From contig CAKRZR010000008.1 in the NCBI GenBank assembly GCA_934433485.1, positions 23,342 to 87,341 on the forward strand: 64,000 nucleotides of DNA. The letters run 5' to 3'. Both the position numbers and the translations under genes were made by a program. The DNA comes from an uncultured Eubacteriales bacterium. GTDB lineage: Bacteria; Bacillota; Clostridia; Oscillospirales; CAG-272. Every line of letters begins with the position of its first letter. Positions within the stretch are counted from its first letter, which is position 1. Under the pieces are notes generated by a model. That model saw only the letters and a list, made by a program, of their open reading frames with translations. It was not told where the DNA came from and did no database searches. This document shows positions 45,392-53,033 of the stretch, piece after piece.

Positions 45392-47245
45392 ATGCGGAAG
45401 AAATGGATGTATTGGGGCTGCGGAGCGGGGATCTTCGCGGTCGGATTTGCCCTGGAGCGGTTGGCTGGCGAAAGATTCAGCGTACTTTGGTGGATCGGCA
45501 CCGCGCTGCTTGCGGCTTCGTATCTCACAGTCGGCTGGAAGGTGCTGTGGAAGGCACTGCGGAACATCCTGCACGGACAAATCTTTGACGAAAATTTTCT
45601 CATGACGATTGCCTCGGTGGGTGCGATCTGCATCGGCGAGGTGGAGGAAGCAGCGGCGGTCATGCTGTTCTACCAGCTGGGCGAGCTGTTCGAGGACATG
45701 GCGGTGCGCAAATCCCGCGGCTCGCTGAAGGAGCTGATGGCGCTCTGTCCGGACGTGGCGCACGTGATGGAGGACGGCAGCGTCACCGACTACTATCCCG
45801 ATAAGGTACCGGTGGACAGCGTGATCCTCGTACAGCCGGGAGAGAAAATCCCGCTCGACGGCGTGGTTATGACCGGATCGTCGTCCGTGAACACCGCCGC
45901 ACTGACCGGCGAGAGCATGCCGCAGCCCGTGGACGTGGGTTCGGAGGTCATGAGCGGTTCCGTGAACGAAAGCGGCGCGCTCACAATCCGGGTGACTAAG
46001 CCGTACGGGGAATCGACGGTCGCGAAGATTCTGGAGATGGTGGAGAACGCGTCGTCCTCCAAGGCGTCGCCGGAGCGGTTTATCTCGAAATTCGCCGCCG
46101 TCTATACCCCCGTGGTCGTCCTCGGCGCCGTGGTGCTGGCGATTCTGCCGCCGGTGCTCGGTTTCGGCGCGTTCACGGATTGGCTCTACCGGGCGCTGAA
46201 CTTCCTCGTTGTGTCCTGCCCGTGCGCGCTGGTGATCTCGGTGCCGCTGTCCTACTTCTGCTCGATCGGCGCAGCGTCGCGTAAAGGCGTGCTCGTCAAG
46301 GGCGGCGTATACATGGAGCGGCTCGCGAACGTCAGCACCGCCGTATTCGACAAGACCGGCACGCTGACCGAGGGCAAATTCACGGTGCGCTCCCTCCATC
46401 CCGTCGCAGGGGTAACGGAAGAGACACTGCTCACCATTGCCGCACGGACGGAATCCCTCTCGAACCACCCGATCGCGCAATCGATCCGCGCCGCGTATGA
46501 AGCAAGGCTCGGTGCGCTGCCCACAGAGGTTCCGGAAACGACCGAGACGGCGGGACACGGCATCGCGGCGGTGCTCGATGGAAAAACCGCGGTCGCCGGG
46601 AACGAAAAATCGATGACGGCGGCGGGACTTCCTTCTCCCGCACCGGCGGAAACGGCATATACCGCCGTCCACGTGGCGTATGACGGACACTATCTCGGCT
46701 GGATCGAGCTGGCGGACCGTCCGAAAGAGAACGCGGCGGAGGCAATCCGTGCGCTCAAAGCGGAGGGTGTGACGAAAGCCGTCATGCTCACCGGAGACAG
46801 ACAGAGCGTCGGCGACGCGGTGGGCGGTGAGATCGGACTGGACGAGGTGCACGGCGGACTCCTGCCGGACGACAAGGTGCGCGCGTTCCAGAAGCTGCGC
46901 GAAGCATCGACCGGCAATACCATGTACACCGGAGACGGTATCAACGACGCGCCGGTGCTCGCAATGGCGGATATTGGCGTGGCGATGGGCGGTATCGGCT
47001 CGGACGCCGCGATGGAAGCCGCCGACATGGTGATTCTGACGGACGATCTCGCCAGACTGCCGGAGGTGATCCGGCTCGCGAAAAAGACGATGCGGCTCGT
47101 CAAGGAAAACATCACGTTCGCGCTGCTCGTCAAGGCATTGATCCTCGTGCTGTCCGCCATCGGCTACGGCAACCTGTGGCTCGCCGTATTCGCCGACGTC
47201 GGCGTGTCCGTGATCTGCATCATGAACGCGCTGCGGGCGAAATAA
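45392..47245 (+). CDS. heavy-metal translocating P1B-type ATPase core (Cd/Zn/Co-type), lacking its own HMA domain
   Basis: AGAAAGAGG RBS before ATG 45392. CPC motif (VSCPCALVISVP). DKTGTLT phosphorylation site. GDGINDAP hinge. Begins directly at the first TM helices. Confidence 0.95.
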   Translation: MRKKWMYWGCGAGIFAVGFALERLAGERFSVLWWIGTALLAASYLTVGWKVLWKALRNILHGQIFDENFLMTIASVGAICIGEVEEAAAVMLFYQLGELFEDMAVRKSRGSLKELMALCPDVAHVMEDGSVTDYYPDKVPVDSVILVQPGEKIPLDGVVMTGSSSVNTAALTGESMPQPVDVGSEVMSGSVNESGALTIRVTKPYGESTVAKILEMVENASSSKASPERFISKFAAVYTPVVVLGAVVLAILPPVLGFGAFTDWLYRALNFLVVSCPCALVISVPLSYFCSIGAASRKGVLVKGGVYMERLANVSTAVFDKTGTLTEGKFTVRSLHPVAGVTEETLLTIAARTESLSNHPIAQSIRAAYEARLGALPTEVPETTETAGHGIAAVLDGKTAVAGNEKSMTAAGLPSPAPAETAYTAVHVAYDGHYLGWIELADRPKENAAEAIRALKAEGVTKAVMLTGDRQSVGDAVGGEIGLDEVHGGLLPDDKVRAFQKLREASTGNTMYTGDGINDAPVLAMADIGVAMGGIGSDAAMEAADMVILTDDLARLPEVIRLAKKTMRLVKENITFALLVKALILVLSAIGYGNLWLAVFADVGVSVICIMNALRAK

Positions 47246-47257
47246 GAGGAATCGGAA

Positions 47258-47308
47258 TAAAAATGTCCCCCGGGGTCTTGGATGCGCGAGATCCCGGGGG
47301 ATTTTTTA
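47258..47308. terminator. bidirectional intrinsic terminator between the ATPase and AraC genes
   Basis: GTCCCCCGGGGTC (47265-47277) / GATCCCGGGGGAT (47289-47301), flanked by AAAAA upstream and TTTTTT downstream. Confidence 0.75.
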
Positions 47309-47326
47309 TGGTTACTGAAATGCCTG

Positions 47327-48109
47327 CTATTCGTTCTGGCGGTAGGCGCGGGGAGACTGTCCGTATGCGCGTTTGAAGAGCTTGGAGAAATAGAACGGAT
47401 CCGGATAGCCTACGCTTTCCCCGATCTCACGTACGGAGAGATCCGTACAGAGGAGCAGCCGTACCGCATGGGACAGCCGGTATTCCATCAGGTAGCGCAT
47501 AGGAGGCACGCCGAATGCCTGTCGGAACTTCACAAACAGGCTCGACTCCGACTGCATCGCAAGCTGCGCCAAATGTGACGCTGTGATATCCTCCCGGTAA
47601 TGGTTTTCCAGATACTGGAGTACCGTATACATGGCGGCATTTCTTTCCGCATCCACCTGCGGCTCAGACAACGCGGCAAGAGACTCCATCATACCATACG
47701 CGGCGCTGTACTGTCCGTATACGGTCTGTGCAGCAAACACCGCGTCCATCCACTGCGACAGCCCGGCAGCCGCCTCTCCGGTGACCACCTGCGGGAACCG
47801 ATAATAGCGGTCAAAGGGAACAAGCTCGTTCAGCACAGCGTCCAGAAAAACCCAGCGCGCTGCCATCTTCCCCGTACGCAGATCCATATGGTGGACGATC
47901 GTCTGCCGCACATGGGACGGCGCGATAAAAAATCCGCCGCAGCCTGTATACGTCTCCGCGTTGTCGTTCAACCGGATCGAGTATTCCCCCTCCGTCGCCT
48001 GTACGATGGACAGATACGGCAGCATCTTCCGGTGGCAGTCTCCCTCCGCGTAATTGTCGGTAAAGCCATTGTGGATCAGGTGGCGGATCTGTACCGTTCG
48101 GATTTCCAT
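47327..48109 (-). CDS. AraC family transcriptional regulator
   Basis: C-terminal double HTH (ASHLAQLAMQSESSLFVKFRQAFGVPPMRYLMEYRLSHAVRLL...VREIGESVGYPDPFYFSKLFKRAYGQSPRAYR). Divergent from SBP paralog 4. Confidence 0.92.
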   Translation of the reverse strand: MEIRTVQIRHLIHNGFTDNYAEGDCHRKMLPYLSIVQATEGEYSIRLNDNAETYTGCGGFFIAPSHVRQTIVHHMDLRTGKMAARWVFLDAVLNELVPFDRYYRFPQVVTGEAAAGLSQWMDAVFAAQTVYGQYSAAYGMMESLAALSEPQVDAERNAAMYTVLQYLENHYREDITASHLAQLAMQSESSLFVKFRQAFGVPPMRYLMEYRLSHAVRLLLCTDLSVREIGESVGYPDPFYFSKLFKRAYGQSPRAYRQNE

Positions 48110-48170
48110 GGTTCTCTCCTGTTTTTACACTGTTTTGGAGTATTGTACATCTTTTTTGTACAAATGTCAA

Positions 48171-48199
48171 TAGACAGAACCTGCTGCATCCAGTATGAT
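48171..48199 (+). promoter_or_regulatory. candidate promoter of SBP paralog 4
   Basis: TAGACA (48171-48176), 17-bp spacer, TATGAT (48194-48199). Palindrome TTGTACA-TCTTTTT-TGTACAA lies just upstream. Confidence 0.45.
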
Positions 48200-48266
48200 A
48201 TTCTTATACGAAAAAATCGAATATGGACATTTGTCGCATAATACACGAGATGAAAAGGGGATTTTC

Positions 48267-49715
48267 ATGAAAAAGAAATGGATCGCACTTCTTACCGCCG
48301 CGCTGCTCCTCGCCGGCTGTCAGACAGTGCCGGACAAAACAGCGAACGACTCTGTCGGAAACGACACGGAGCCGCACACCGAAACGGAAACCGAGACGGA
48401 AACGCCGTCCGTCCTTGAAAAGATCCCACAGGCGGATTACGACGACTACACCTTCCATTATCTCACCGAAAGCTGGACGGGCACCGTCGCCGACCGGTTT
48501 TTGCGGGAATTGCAGTCGGAGGAGGTCACAGGCGAACCCATCAACGACGCCGTCTACGCGCGCAATCAATTCTTGGCGGATCGGCTGCATATCCGGATCA
48601 CGGCGCAGGATGCCGACAACGTATCGCAGTCCGTTCTTGGATCCGTCCGTTCCGGCGAGGATCTCTATCAGCTGGTCGGCGCGTATAAATTCAATACCAC
48701 CTCGCTGCTCTCCCAGCATGCCATCCGGGACTGGAACGCGCTCGACATCGATTTTGACGCGGACTGGTGGAGCCGGGAAGCCGTAAACAAACTGAGCATC
48801 TGCGGCAAGCAATATTTCATGAGCGGCAGCATCCTCATGAGCGAGATCGACGACACACTGGCAATGGCGTTCAACAAGGACATCCAGAACGAATACAAGT
48901 TAGACGACGTATACACCCTTGTGGAAAGTGGAAAATGGACCGTGGACGCGATGAAAACGATGGTGGAGCAGGTTTCAAACGACCTGAACGGCGACGGCAG
49001 GATGGAGCTTGGCGTCGATCTGCTCGGCTACGCGCAGGACAGCAATTCCATGACCACCAACTGGGCGTTCTCCCTCGATCTGCTCCATGGCGCTGTCACG
49101 GAGGAAAACACCTACGAATGGAACATAGACACGGATCGGATCCAGACCGCGCTGGAAAAGGTCAACGCGATGATGGCGCTGGCGAACACGGATCTCGGCA
49201 CAGATTACTACACGGGCCTGGACATTTTCGCCGAGGGAAAGCTGTATTTCTACTCCATTATTTTGAGTGCCCTCGAAATCGTACGCGATATGGAGGACGA
49301 TTTCGGGATCGCGCCGTATCCGAAGCTCGACGAAGCGCAGGCACAGTATTACAACCATGTCGGCAACATGTCCCCGATCCTGTCGCTGCCCATCACGAAC
49401 ACCTCCGACGACGAACGCACTGCCGCGATCCTTACCGCCCTTGCTATCTCCTCCTACGACTACGTGCGCCCCGTCTACTTCGATTCCGTGCTGAAGGGCA
49501 AGCTCTCCCGCGATCCGCAGACCCGTGTGATGCTCGACATCGTACAGCAAAGCGCCACCTACGATCTCCCCTACGTCCTCGGTCCCTCTCTCGCCGGAAC
49601 GGTAAACGGACTGATGCAGAAAAACAGCAGTGATTTTGCTTCTGCATGGAAATCCGCCGAAAAGAGCATGACAACAAGCATCAATAAATTCCTGCAAAGC
49701 ATTACAGAGAAGTAA
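48267..49715 (+). CDS. ABC-type extracellular solute-binding lipoprotein (LplA-like), paralog 4 of 6
   Basis: MKKKWIALLTAALLLAGC lipobox. Motifs DLNGDGR, FGIAPYPKLDEAQ, VYFDSVLKGKLSRD. Confidence 0.9.
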   Translation: MKKKWIALLTAALLLAGCQTVPDKTANDSVGNDTEPHTETETETETPSVLEKIPQADYDDYTFHYLTESWTGTVADRFLRELQSEEVTGEPINDAVYARNQFLADRLHIRITAQDADNVSQSVLGSVRSGEDLYQLVGAYKFNTTSLLSQHAIRDWNALDIDFDADWWSREAVNKLSICGKQYFMSGSILMSEIDDTLAMAFNKDIQNEYKLDDVYTLVESGKWTVDAMKTMVEQVSNDLNGDGRMELGVDLLGYAQDSNSMTTNWAFSLDLLHGAVTEENTYEWNIDTDRIQTALEKVNAMMALANTDLGTDYYTGLDIFAEGKLYFYSIILSALEIVRDMEDDFGIAPYPKLDEAQAQYYNHVGNMSPILSLPITNTSDDERTAAILTALAISSYDYVRPVYFDSVLKGKLSRDPQTRVMLDIVQQSATYDLPYVLGPSLAGTVNGLMQKNSSDFASAWKSAEKSMTTSINKFLQSITEK

Positions 49716-49744
49716 TCCCACGCCAAAACAGAACATCCGTCAAT

Positions 49745-49790
49745 GAAAAATCCCCCCATACCGGAAAACCAGTACCGAGGGGATTTTCGT
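49745..49790. terminator. possible bidirectional terminator
   Basis: AAATCCCC (49748-49755) / GGGGATTT (49779-49786) with a long 23-nt loop. A-run before and T-run after. Confidence 0.4.
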
Positions 49791-49809
49791 CTATTTCCAT
49801 TTTCTCCCG

Positions 49810-52353
49810 TCACGCCGTAACGATCCCGGCGGCTTCGCGGAATTCGGGGAGACGGGCGGCTTCCTCGCGCATCTTATATTTGAGGATCTTCCCGGCAGCG
49901 TTCATCGGGAACTCGTTCACGAACGTCACGTAGCGCGGCACCTTATGCTTTGCCATATGCGTCATGACGTACTCCTTGATCTCGTCCGCGGTGACCGTTT
50001 CACCCGGCTTCGGGATAACGCACGCCATGATCTCCTCGCCGTACTGCTTATCCGGCACGCCGATGACCTGCACGTCCTGCACCTTCGGATGCGTATAGAT
50101 GAAGTCCTCGATCTCCTTCGGGTAGATGTTCTCGCCGCCGCGGATGATCATGTCCTTGATCCGTCCGGTGATCTTATAATACCCGTTCGGCAGACGGCGC
50201 GCGAGGTCGCCTGTATGGAGCCAGCCGTCCCGGTCGATGGCAGCCGCGGTCGCCTGCGGCATTTTGTAGTAGCCCTTCATGATGTTGTAGCCGCGCGCCA
50301 CAAATTCGCCGTCGCAGTTGTCGGGCAGATCCGCGCCCGTTTCGGGATCGACGATCTTGCACTCTACGCCGAAGATCGCGCCGCCGACGGTATTCACGCG
50401 GTCCTCGATGGAGTCCGTGGTCTTGGACATCGTGGTCGCGGGGGACGCCTCGGTCTGCCCGTAGGTGATGCAGATCTCGGACATATGCATTTTCTCGATG
50501 ACCTCCCGCATGACCTGGATCGGACACGGGGAGCCTGCCATGATCCCGGTGCGCATATGGGAGAAGTCCGTTTTCGCGAAATCCTTATGGCCGAGCATGG
50601 CGATGAACATCGTCGGCACGCCGTGGAACGCGGTGATTTTCTCACGGGTGATGCAGTCCAGTCCCTTTGACGGCGAAAAGGCGGGAATCGGGGACATGGT
50701 GGTGCCGTGGGTGACGGACGCCGTCATTGCCAGCACCATACCGAAGCAGTGGAACATCGGCACCTGGATCATCATGCGGTCTGCGGTGGACAGATCCATG
50801 CAGTCGCCGATCGCCTTGCCGTTGTTGACGACGTTGTAGTGCGTGAGCATGACGCCCTTGGGGAATCCCGTGGTGCCGGAGGTATACTGCATATTGCACA
50901 CGTCGTGCTTATTGATCATGGCGGCGCGGCGGTACACGGCCTCGACGGGCGTTCTTTCGGCATAGGACAGCGCGTCGTCCCAGGTCAGGCAGCCGGGTAC
51001 GCGGGATTCGACGGTGATGACGTTGCGCAGGAAGGGGAGGCGGCGGCTGTGGAGGGGCTTGCCGGTCTCCAGCGTGGCAAGCTCGGGACACAGCTCCTGT
51101 ATGATACCGATATAATCGGAGTCCTTATAGCCGTCGATCATGACGAGGGTGTGGGTATCGGACTGGCGGAGGAGGTATTCCGCCTCGTGGATCTTGTACG
51201 CGGTATTGACGGTGACAAGGACCGCGCCGATCTTGACCGCTGCCCAGAACGTGATATACCACGCGGGGACGTTGGTCGCCCAGACCGCCACGTGGTCGCC
51301 CTGCTTGACGCCGAGGGAGATCAGCGCTCTGGCGAAGGTATCGACGTCGTCGCGGAACTGGGGATAGGTGCGGGTATAGTCGAGGGTGGTGTAGCGGAAG
51401 GCGTACTGATCGGGGAATTCCTCGCAGATCCTGTCGAGCACCTGCGGGAAGGTGAGATCGATGAGCTTTTCCTTTTCCCAGATATACTTACCGTCTCCGC
51501 GGCGCGAGGTCTGGAGCCGTTCGGGCTGATCCCCGTCGTCGAGGAACTGGCTCATATAGTGCGCGAACTGCGGGAATACGATGCCCGCGTCGGACAGCTC
51601 CGGCGAATACTGCTTGAGCCACTCGAGGGAGATATAGCCCTCGTAATTGACGCTGCGCAGCGCGTTCATGAACTGCTCGATGGGAAGATCGCCCTCGCCC
51701 AGGATGCGGTAATGGACGCCGGAGCCGTCCTTCACGGAGTCCTTGATGTGGATATGCTTGATATACGCGCCGAGATTGCGGATGGTGGTTTCGGGATCCT
51801 CGCTGTGGTAGCGGTAGGGATGGTGGAGGTCCCACAGGGCGGCCACGTTGTCGCTGCCGATGGACGCAAGCGTATCCGCGAGCCGCCTGGTATCGCAGTA
51901 GACGCCGTTTGTCTCGATGAGGAGGGTGACGCCGGCGTCCTCCGCGTCCCGTGCGAGGATCCGCATGGCGGAGATCACGTTCTCGTCGTCGAAATCCGTG
52001 GTCGGCTCCGCGGTGGGATCACCCAGCACACGGATATACGGGGTTCCGAGTGCCGCCGCGACGCGGATATACTCCCGCAGCTCCGCGATGTTCTCCGCGT
52101 GGTGCGCCGGATCGCGCAGCGAACAGCCGGAGGACAGGCAGCAGATCTCCAGATGCAGCCTTTGCAGCTCCGCGCGGGTCCTTGCGAGATTCTCGGTCCG
52201 GAACGGGCTTGCGTGTACGGTAAAATTGCTCTCGGCAATGTCGCCGCCCAGTCCGCGCATCTCGATTCCGCGGAAACCAAAGTCCTTCGCCATCGAATAA
52301 ATATCCGCCCACGAAAAATCCGGGCAGCCCAGGGTGGAAAACGCCAGCTTCAT
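49810..52353 (-). CDS. fusion protein: N-terminal xylose-isomerase-like TIM barrel (sugar phosphate isomerase/epimerase family) plus C-terminal AMP-dependent acyl-CoA synthetase/ligase
   Basis: N-terminus MKLAFSTLGCPDF...IEMRG...LLIETNG...ISLEW (AP_endonuc_2-like barrel, about 285 aa). C-terminal ~550 aa carries YTSGTTGFPKGV, GYGQTE-like ITYGQTEAS, TGDLA and IIRGGENIYPKEIE motifs of ANL ligases. One uninterrupted frame. GGAG RBS before ATG 52353. Confidence 0.9.
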   Translation of the reverse strand: MKLAFSTLGCPDFSWADIYSMAKDFGFRGIEMRGLGGDIAESNFTVHASPFRTENLARTRAELQRLHLEICCLSSGCSLRDPAHHAENIAELREYIRVAAALGTPYIRVLGDPTAEPTTDFDDENVISAMRILARDAEDAGVTLLIETNGVYCDTRRLADTLASIGSDNVAALWDLHHPYRYHSEDPETTIRNLGAYIKHIHIKDSVKDGSGVHYRILGEGDLPIEQFMNALRSVNYEGYISLEWLKQYSPELSDAGIVFPQFAHYMSQFLDDGDQPERLQTSRRGDGKYIWEKEKLIDLTFPQVLDRICEEFPDQYAFRYTTLDYTRTYPQFRDDVDTFARALISLGVKQGDHVAVWATNVPAWYITFWAAVKIGAVLVTVNTAYKIHEAEYLLRQSDTHTLVMIDGYKDSDYIGIIQELCPELATLETGKPLHSRRLPFLRNVITVESRVPGCLTWDDALSYAERTPVEAVYRRAAMINKHDVCNMQYTSGTTGFPKGVMLTHYNVVNNGKAIGDCMDLSTADRMMIQVPMFHCFGMVLAMTASVTHGTTMSPIPAFSPSKGLDCITREKITAFHGVPTMFIAMLGHKDFAKTDFSHMRTGIMAGSPCPIQVMREVIEKMHMSEICITYGQTEASPATTMSKTTDSIEDRVNTVGGAIFGVECKIVDPETGADLPDNCDGEFVARGYNIMKGYYKMPQATAAAIDRDGWLHTGDLARRLPNGYYKITGRIKDMIIRGGENIYPKEIEDFIYTHPKVQDVQVIGVPDKQYGEEIMACVIPKPGETVTADEIKEYVMTHMAKHKVPRYVTFVNEFPMNAAGKILKYKMREEAARLPEFREAAGIVTA

Positions 52354-52387
52354 ATATATGCACTCCTTTTGCATGATTATTTATATG

Positions 52388-52510
52388 GTGGGAGACGAGG
52401 GAACGGGGGGAGACGCGGTCAGAACCTTTTTTTCGAAAAAGGTTCCGACACCTCCAAAAAACTTTATGAAAAAAGGGGGTGGAATTTTTGTTTGTGCAAT
52501 TCCGGGGGGC
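52388..52510 (+). repeat. modular intergenic repeat, copy 10 (between the T-box terminator and the fusion gene)
   Basis: GGGAGACGAGGGAACGGGGGGAGACGCGG flank. Hairpin GGTCAGAACCTTTTTTT-CG-AAAAAAGGTTCCGACA. CCAAAAAACTTTATGAAAAAAGGGGG box. Short core GTTTGTGCAATTCCGG. Confidence 0.85.
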
Positions 52511-52519
52511 TTTTTCAAC

Positions 52520-52815
52520 AAAAAAGCCCGCGTCTTCTGAAACGGATTTTTCTCCGTCAGAGACGAGGGCGAACGATGCTGCTCCCGCGGTACCACTCTG
52601 TTTGACGCGCGACGCGTCCTCTCATCGGCACAGTCATGCCTTTCCCGGATAACGGTGGGGGGGCCGTCCGTGCCTACTGGAAACGCGGTCCTCCGGGGTG
52701 GGGGAGTGCGCTTTGTTCGGGCGGCTGCTGAGGGGTGAGTGCCATGATGTCCGCCGCTGTCTCGCACCAACGACAGCTCTCTGCGGGTCGGACGGATCAT
52801 AGGGTTTCCCCTGTC
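52520..52815 (-). promoter_or_regulatory. T-box riboswitch leader with intrinsic terminator (specifier probably Leu CUC)
   Basis: Read on the minus strand. AG bulge AGAGAG (52777-52782). Distal loop GGUGCGAG (52761-52768). F-box CCGUUA (52650-52655). T-box AGAGUGGUACCGCGGGAG (52582-52600). Terminator hairpin 52526-52570 followed by UUUUUU (52520-52525). Candidate specifier loop GGCACUCA (52736-52743) lies between GGGG/CCCC and AUGAU/AUCAU helices. Confidence 0.8.
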
Positions 52816-52831
52816 AATGCATTTAGGAGGT

Positions 52832-52908
52832 CTCTGATTTAAGGTTATTTTTGCAATAAAAGCCCTTATATTTTAGCCTTTTATCGCAAAAATCCGATTG
52901 ATTCAGAG
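52832..52908 (-). repeat. 77-bp palindromic element R2, copy iii (inside the 5' leader, between promoter and T-box)
   Basis: Minus-strand reading: CTCTGAATCAATCGGATTTTTGCGATAAAAGGC-TAAAATATAA-GGGCTTTTATTGCAAAAATAACCTTAAATCAGAG. Confidence 0.85.
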
Positions 52909-52925
52909 GTTCCTTAGATATGGGT

Positions 52926-52954
52926 AGTATACCACAAAGGGGCGTGGTTGTCAA
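52926..52954 (-). promoter_or_regulatory. consensus sigma-A promoter driving the R2 / T-box leader / fusion-gene transcript
   Basis: Minus strand: TTGACA (52954-52949), 17-bp spacer, extended -10 TGgTATACT (52934-52926). Confidence 0.7.
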
Positions 52955-53033
52955 TAGGGCAAGATGTATAAAGATGTACCGGGGTCATGCCGGGATCCTT
53001 TGGCGGATGGATGAATAGATATACGCAGAGGGA

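Noticed and set aside
50707-52605. 632-aa plus-strand ORF. Similar long ORFs include 9105-10634, 11869-13323, 14830-15879, 23169-24527, 24739-25587, 25442-26572, 26557-27954, 35024-36040, 38127-38975, 41329-42450, 45296-46852, 54223-55755, 55873-57906, 59381-60349, 60136-61089 and 61433-62599
   Set aside because: They are antisense to genes with clear family motifs. They have an Arg/Gly/His/Pro-rich, low-complexity composition, as expected from stop-codon depletion on the opposite strand of high-GC genes. No RBS and no recognisable domains.
52381-52800. 139-aa minus-strand ORF
   Set aside because: It lies entirely within the T-box leader, its terminator and repeat copy 10. It is Arg/Pro/Gly-rich, typical of non-coding GC-rich sequence.
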